DNA from: an uncultured bacterium
Lineage (GTDB): Bacteria; Krumholzibacteriota; Krumholzibacteriia; JACNKJ01
Assembly (NCBI GenBank): GCA_963695095.1
Contig: CAVOFT010000001.1
Span: 3,328,001 to 3,392,000, forward strand
Direction: 5' to 3'
DNA length: 64,000 nt
Position 1 is the stretch's first letter; each line of letters starts with the position of its first letter. Below the pieces are notes generated by a model. That model saw nothing but the letters and a program-made list of their open reading frames with translations, did no database searches and was not told the origin of the DNA. This document shows, piece after piece, positions 59,397-64,000 of this stretch. The position numbers were made by a program, and so were the translations under genes.

Positions 59397-60293
59397 TCAA
59401 TCCCGATTCTGGAAGACGCCCGCCACGCCCGCCACGACGAGGGCCGCGCCGGCGAGCGTCCAGGCCGTCACCCGCTCGTCGAGCAGGAGCCAGCCCAGGA
59501 AGACGGCGATCACCGGATTCGCATAGGTGTAGGTGGCGACCACGCGGTAGGGCAGGCGCCGCAGCGTGCCCATGTAGCTGGTGAAGGCCAGCACGGAGCC
59601 GAAGAGCACCAGGTAGGCCCAGGCCAGCCAGGCCTCGCCCGTCGGGCGCGGCAGGGGCTCCCGCAGCGCCAAGGACGCGGCCAGCAGCGCCAGCCCGCCC
59701 AGCCCCTGCTGCCAGCCGGAGATGGCCAGGATGCCGAGATCGGGCCGCCGCCGCTGCAGCCAGATCGATCCGAGCGCCCAGAAGAAGGGCGCGGCGAGCA
59801 GGGCCACCACGCCGAGCACATCGGCCCGCGTCCCCGCCCGCAGCAGCGGCCAGGACAGCACGGCCACCCCGGCGAAGCCGATGAGCACCGAGCCCACGGT
59901 GCGCCAGCTCGGCAGGCGGCGATCGAGCAGGATCGCGATCAACTCGGCCCAGATCGGCATCGCCGCCACCAGCAGGGCCGCGAAGCCCGAGTCGGCGTGC
60001 TGTTCGGCGATGGTCACCAGGCCGTTGCCGCCCAGCCAGAGCAGGGCGCCCGTGGCCGCGAGCAGCCAGAACTCTCCGCGGCTCACCCGCACGCGCTGCC
60101 GGCGCAGCCGCGCCCAGCCGAGCAGGATCGCCGCCGCCAGGACCACGCGCATGGCGGCCATGATCAGGGGCGGGAAGCCCGCGCCCTCGCGCACGGCCAC
60201 GCGGATGGCGAGGTAGGTGCTGCCCCACACCAGGTAGACGATGGCCAGTTGCGCCAGGCCGAGGCGGTCGAGCCTAGCCCGCGAGGGTGCCAT
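59397..60293 (-). CDS. EamA/DMT family permease
   Basis: VYLVWGSTYLAIR, GGNGLV, LFGSVLAFTSY, YANPVIAVFLG. Confidence 0.93.
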   Translation of the reverse strand: MAPSRARLDRLGLAQLAIVYLVWGSTYLAIRVAVREGAGFPPLIMAAMRVVLAAAILLGWARLRRQRVRVSRGEFWLLAATGALLWLGGNGLVTIAEQHADSGFAALLVAAMPIWAELIAILLDRRLPSWRTVGSVLIGFAGVAVLSWPLLRAGTRADVLGVVALLAAPFFWALGSIWLQRRRPDLGILAISGWQQGLGGLALLAASLALREPLPRPTGEAWLAWAYLVLFGSVLAFTSYMGTLRRLPYRVVATYTYANPVIAVFLGWLLLDERVTAWTLAGAALVVAGVAGVFQNRD

Positions 60294-61407
60294 AGAATGC
60301 CGCGTAGTCGTCCACCATGCGCTGGAGACGGAACTTCGCGCGCACCTCGCGGCCGGCGGCCTCGGCCAGGCGCTGCCGCTCGGCGGCATTGCGGAGCAGG
60401 CGCGGGATCTCGCGCGCCAGGGCCGCGCGCTTCGCCTCGCCCAGCGGCGGCACGAGCAGGCCGTTCACGCCGCTCTCGATCAGGTGGCGGTTGCCCTCGA
60501 TCTGGGTGGCGACGACCGGCGTGCCGGCGGCCATGGATTCGAGAATCGCATTGCTCGTTCCTTCGTTGCCGTAGGAAAGCAGGCAGAAAAGGTCGAAGGC
60601 GGCGTAGCACTCGGCCACGTCGCTGCGGAAGCCGGGCAGGTGCATGCGGTCCGCAAGGCCGCGCCGCGCGGTCTCGGCGCGGAACCAGTCCGCCTGGTCC
60701 CCGTCGCCGATGATCACCGCGTGCAGGGGCCGCCCCGCCACCTCGGGCACCCGCTCGAGCAGATCGAGCATGGCCGGATGGTCCTTGAAGGGGAAGAAGC
60801 GCGCCACCGTGCCCAGCAGCCAGACGTCCTCGGGAATGCCCAGCTCGCGGCGCTTGGCGGCGGCATCGACGCGCAGCGAATCGAAGCGCTCGAGCGAGAC
60901 GCCGTTGATGATCACCTGCACCTGGCCCGGCGGGTAGTGCAGGGTGCCGACGAGGTAGTTGCCCAGGCCGGGCGAAACGCAGAGCACGCGGTCGGCCATG
61001 ACGGCGAGCGCGCGGCTCACCAGCTTCTTGCGCCAGCCGACCAGCTGCACCATGCCGTGCTCGCCGTTGATCACGGCCGGCACCCGGGCCAGGCGCGCGC
61101 CCAGCGTGCCGTAGAGGTTGGGCGTGTAGTTGCGGCAGTGCACGATGTCCGGCGCCAGTTGCCGGAACAGCTTGGCCAGGCGGAAGGGCAGCTCGGGGGC
61201 CAGGCGGTCCGGGTAGGCGAGATTGATCACGCGCGCGGTCGGGTTCGTGATGCGCGCGGCCAGGGCGCCCGCATCGTGCAGGCAGACCACCGTCGAACGG
61301 AAGCGCTCCCGATCGAGGCCGTTGACGACATTGACCACGCCGTTCTCCAGCCCGCCGGAGCGCAGGGTGGTCTGCACGTGGCAGATGTGGATGGGCGCGC
61401 GCGCCAC
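60274..61407 (-). CDS. Glycosyltransferase family 4 (resembles exosortase-A/PEP-CTERM locus sugar transferases)
   Basis: GGLENGVVNVVN, DIVHCRN, GEHG, EGTSNAILESMAAG. Confidence 0.92.
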   Translation of the reverse strand: MARAPIHICHVQTTLRSGGLENGVVNVVNGLDRERFRSTVVCLHDAGALAARITNPTARVINLAYPDRLAPELPFRLAKLFRQLAPDIVHCRNYTPNLYGTLGARLARVPAVINGEHGMVQLVGWRKKLVSRALAVMADRVLCVSPGLGNYLVGTLHYPPGQVQVIINGVSLERFDSLRVDAAAKRRELGIPEDVWLLGTVARFFPFKDHPAMLDLLERVPEVAGRPLHAVIIGDGDQADWFRAETARRGLADRMHLPGFRSDVAECYAAFDLFCLLSYGNEGTSNAILESMAAGTPVVATQIEGNRHLIESGVNGLLVPPLGEAKRAALAREIPRLLRNAAERQRLAEAAGREVRAKFRLQRMVDDYAAFYGTLAG

Positions 61408-61408
61408 C

Positions 61409-62161
61409 CTAGTTGCCGCCGGCCGCGAGCAGTCCCTCGAGCACGGGCCGGGCCGCCGCCGTCATCGCCGCATAGCCCTTCTCGTTGGGATGGATGTCGT
61501 CCACGGCCATGTCCGCGGGCAGGAAGCCCTTTTCGTCGGCCATCGCCTGGTAGAAATCGATGAGCCCGTAGCCGCGCTCGGCGGCGAGCTGGCGCAGCCA
61601 GTCGTTGTAGGGCAGCAGGCGGTCGTTGATGCCGCTGGGCTGCTTCTTGCCGTCGGAGCCGTAGACGGCGTTGCCGTCCTCGCGCACCGGCACGCAGGTG
61701 GCGAGCACGGGCCTCACGCCAGCCGCCTCGGCCTGGGCGACCATGTCCAGCAGGGCGCGCCGCGTGCCCGCCTCGTCCACGCCGGGCCGGAAGGTGATCG
61801 CGCAGGCCTTGATGACCACCGCGCGGGGCTTCAGGTCGAGCACGTCGCTGGCGAAGCGCAGCAGGTAGTGGCTGGGCCACTGCCCGCCTACGCCGCGCTG
61901 GGCTACCTTGAGCGCGCCCAGCTTGCCTTCGGGGTCCCAGCGCTTCGTGATCGAGGCGCCCATGAAGACCACGTCCGGCCGCTCGCCGCGCTCGAGCCAC
62001 TGGCGGTTCTCCGCCGCGAAGAAGTCGCTCTTCGTGAAGCGCTCGCTGATCACCTCCACCTTGGCCATCGCGGCCAGCGCGCCCTTGCGATAGGCCCAGG
62101 CCTTGTAGGCGACGCCGGCCAGCACCACGAGCAGGATCAGGATCGTCAGTCGTCCAAGCAC
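61409..62161 (-). CDS. Membrane-anchored SGNH/GDSL-family esterase or acyltransferase
   Basis: N-terminal TM; VVFMGASIT, RGVGGQ, RF..DV..LKP, DDIHPNEKGY. Confidence 0.85.
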   Translation of the reverse strand: MLGRLTILILLVVLAGVAYKAWAYRKGALAAMAKVEVISERFTKSDFFAAENRQWLERGERPDVVFMGASITKRWDPEGKLGALKVAQRGVGGQWPSHYLLRFASDVLDLKPRAVVIKACAITFRPGVDEAGTRRALLDMVAQAEAAGVRPVLATCVPVREDGNAVYGSDGKKQPSGINDRLLPYNDWLRQLAAERGYGLIDFYQAMADEKGFLPADMAVDDIHPNEKGYAAMTAAARPVLEGLLAAGGN

Positions 62162-62201
62162 GGTTCTTCCTCCAGGCAGGAGGCGGGGCGCAAGCCCGGC
62201 C

Positions 62202-63389
62202 TCAGTTCATGCGGTCGGCGGTGCGCTCGATCAGCTCCACCAGGCGATTGGCGATGTCCTTCCAGTCGAAGGCGGCCTTCACCCAGGCCCGGCCGGCCTC
62301 GGCGCGGCGCGCGCGCTCGGCGGGATCGGCCGCCAGGCGCCTCAAGGCGGCGGCCGCCTCGTCGGCGCTCCCCACGGTGATCAGGAAGTCGACGTCGTAG
62401 CGGCGCACCTCGTCCAGGTCCGTCGTCAGCACCGGCTTGCCCATGGCCAGGTACTCGAAGAGCTTCATCGGGCTGGCCTTGTGGCTGATCGGGATGGGCA
62501 CGAAGAGATTCAGGCAGACGTCCATCGCCGCGATTTCGGCAGGGACCCGGTGAAAGGGCACTGCCCCCGGCAACTCGACGTTCTCGAGCCCGCGCTCGGC
62601 GGCGGACCTGCGCACCTGCTCGAAGTCCCGCCCGGCGCCGATTAGCCGAAAGCGAGTGTCGGGCATGCGGGCGGCGATGTCCAGGATGAGCGCGAAGTCG
62701 ATGAAGTACTCGAAGGCGCCGAGATAGCCGACCACCGGGCGCCGGCCCTCGCCCTCGCGGCCCACCCGACCCGCGGTGGCCGCGTACACGGCGTCGAAGC
62801 GCGCGAAGTCCACGCCGTTGGGGAGCACCTCGATGTGGCGGCTGGGATAGTCCTCGGCCAGGCTGTGGCTCACGCTGAGCACGAGGTCGGCGGCCTCGAT
62901 CATGCCGTTCAGGGTGCGCCGGCCCTGCCAGAGCAAGGGCCCGACGGCCAGCCGCCCCAGCTCCTTGGCCAGCATCGCCTCGTAGTCGTCGGCCAGGTCG
63001 AAGACGCGCACGAGCTTGCGCCCCCGCGCGTGGATGTCGAGCAGCCCCGCCTGCGGCAGGTTGTAGACGATGAGCGCGTCGACGGGATCCTCGGCCACGA
63101 TGCGCTCCACGGTGTCGCGGCAAACCAGGCCGTAGCTGCCCTTCTTGACCAGCTTGTCCAGGGGCCAGCGTCGCCCCCAGAACCAGCCGGGCATGGCCAC
63201 GTCCCGCAGCGCGATGCCCTCGGGCAGTTCCACGTCGATCTCCTGGAAATTCGTCTCGCCGATATCCGCGGCCGGCGGCTGCAGGACGCTGATGCGGTGG
63301 CCCATGGCCGCGAGCTGGCCGAAGAGATGGTGGTAGCGGGTCCAGTTCACGGCGCGATAGCGGGCGAGATACGGAAAGAGGATGTGCAC
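62202..63389 (-). CDS. Glycosyltransferase (GT-B, GT4-like)
   Basis: FDLADDY, PNGVDFARF, VGYLGA, SPMKLFEYLAMGKPV. Confidence 0.9.
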   Translation of the reverse strand: MHILFPYLARYRAVNWTRYHHLFGQLAAMGHRISVLQPPAADIGETNFQEIDVELPEGIALRDVAMPGWFWGRRWPLDKLVKKGSYGLVCRDTVERIVAEDPVDALIVYNLPQAGLLDIHARGRKLVRVFDLADDYEAMLAKELGRLAVGPLLWQGRRTLNGMIEAADLVLSVSHSLAEDYPSRHIEVLPNGVDFARFDAVYAATAGRVGREGEGRRPVVGYLGAFEYFIDFALILDIAARMPDTRFRLIGAGRDFEQVRRSAAERGLENVELPGAVPFHRVPAEIAAMDVCLNLFVPIPISHKASPMKLFEYLAMGKPVLTTDLDEVRRYDVDFLITVGSADEAAAALRRLAADPAERARRAEAGRAWVKAAFDWKDIANRLVELIERTADRMN

Positions 63390-63392
63390 CCG

Positions 63393-64000
63393 TCAACCTC
63401 CCTGCGCGCTGCGGGCGCTGCCCGCGGCGTCATCCAGCACCTGCGCCAGTCGCCGGGCGAGGCCCGGCCGTCCGAAGCGCTCCAGTTCCTCGGGCCCGCG
63501 GCGCGGCAGCACCCCGCGCTCGGCGATGAGCGCGAGGATGGCGGCCGCGATGCCCGCCGCGTCATCGGGCGCCACGGCGCGGCCGCCGTCCACCGAGGCG
63601 ACGAGCGCCGCCGTCGCCCCCGGCGGCGCGATGGCCAGGATGGGCCGCGCCGCACGAATATACTCGAAAGCCTTGGCCGGCACCTGCATGTGAAAGCTCT
63701 CGCCATTCTGGAAGAGCAGCAGGGCATGGCTCGCGGCCAGCTCGCCGGGAATCTCGGCGTGGGGCAGGAAATCGATCACTTCCACCATGGCCGCCAGCGC
63801 CGGCGACTCCATGAGCGCGGCGAACTGGGGCAGCCGCGTGTACTCGCCGCTGCCGACGAGGCGCACGCGCAGGGCGGCGGGATCGAGGCGGCCGCTCTCG
63901 GCGAGGTCGCGCAGGACGGCCAGGAAGGGATCGGGCACGCGCAGATTGCGCGCGGGGAAGAACTCGCCGGTGTGCACGAAGCGGAAGGGCCCCGCCGCCG
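63393..64000 (-). CDS. Glycosyltransferase (GT4-like), 3' part only
   Basis: FRFVHTGEF, PAKAFEYI..RPILA; start lies outside the window. Confidence 0.82.
   Translation of the reverse strand, partial: AAGPFRFVHTGEFFPARNLRVPDPFLAVLRDLAESGRLDPAALRVRLVGSGEYTRLPQFAALMESPALAAMVEVIDFLPHAEIPGELAASHALLLFQNGESFHMQVPAKAFEYIRAARPILAIAPPGATAALVASVDGGRAVAPDDAAGIAAAILALIAERGVLPRRGPEELERFGRPGLARRLAQVLDDAAGSARSAQGG

Overview
Very GC-rich bacterial chromosomal window with no rRNA, tRNA, CRISPR array or intact mobile element that I could see. Six secreted proteins end in a FlgD-Ig/T9SS-like C-terminal domain (PNPFNP...WDG.D..G....SG(V/I)Y...K..L(L/V/I)(K/R)). This suggests, by inference only, a non-Bacteroidota FCB-group organism (Krumholzibacteriota/Latescibacterota/Eisenbacteria-like). 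Main blocks: (1) 1-4208: secreted CTD proteins, including a papain-fold protein whose catalytic Cys is Gly. (2) 4442-6938: rarA-GNAT-methyltransferase operon. (3) 6987-15968: an unusual signalling operon and the best candidate for an undescribed system. It has three paralogous FG-GAP beta-propeller/TM/histidine-kinase-like modules in two genes, with the candidate phospho-His and the recognisable ATP-binding domain in different modules, plus a small HTH protein and an NtrC-like regulator with a degenerate AAA+ domain. (4) 16092-32237: two GH32-like CTD paralogs, glpX, peptidases, TPR proteins, a LolC/E permease, a cN-II 5'-nucleotidase and a 3D-domain protein. (5) 32308-64000: a large exopolysaccharide locus (priming transferase with a candidate sigma54 promoter, Wza-like export, acyl-CoA ligase/ACP/AsnB, deacetylases, GT4s, heparinase II/III-like, wecB, SGNH). 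It is interrupted by two tandem giant Cys-rich ASH/choice-of-anchor-D surface proteins. Five genes are broken by apparent 1-nt insertions that look like long-read errors. All family assignments come from motif recognition by eye; no searches were run.
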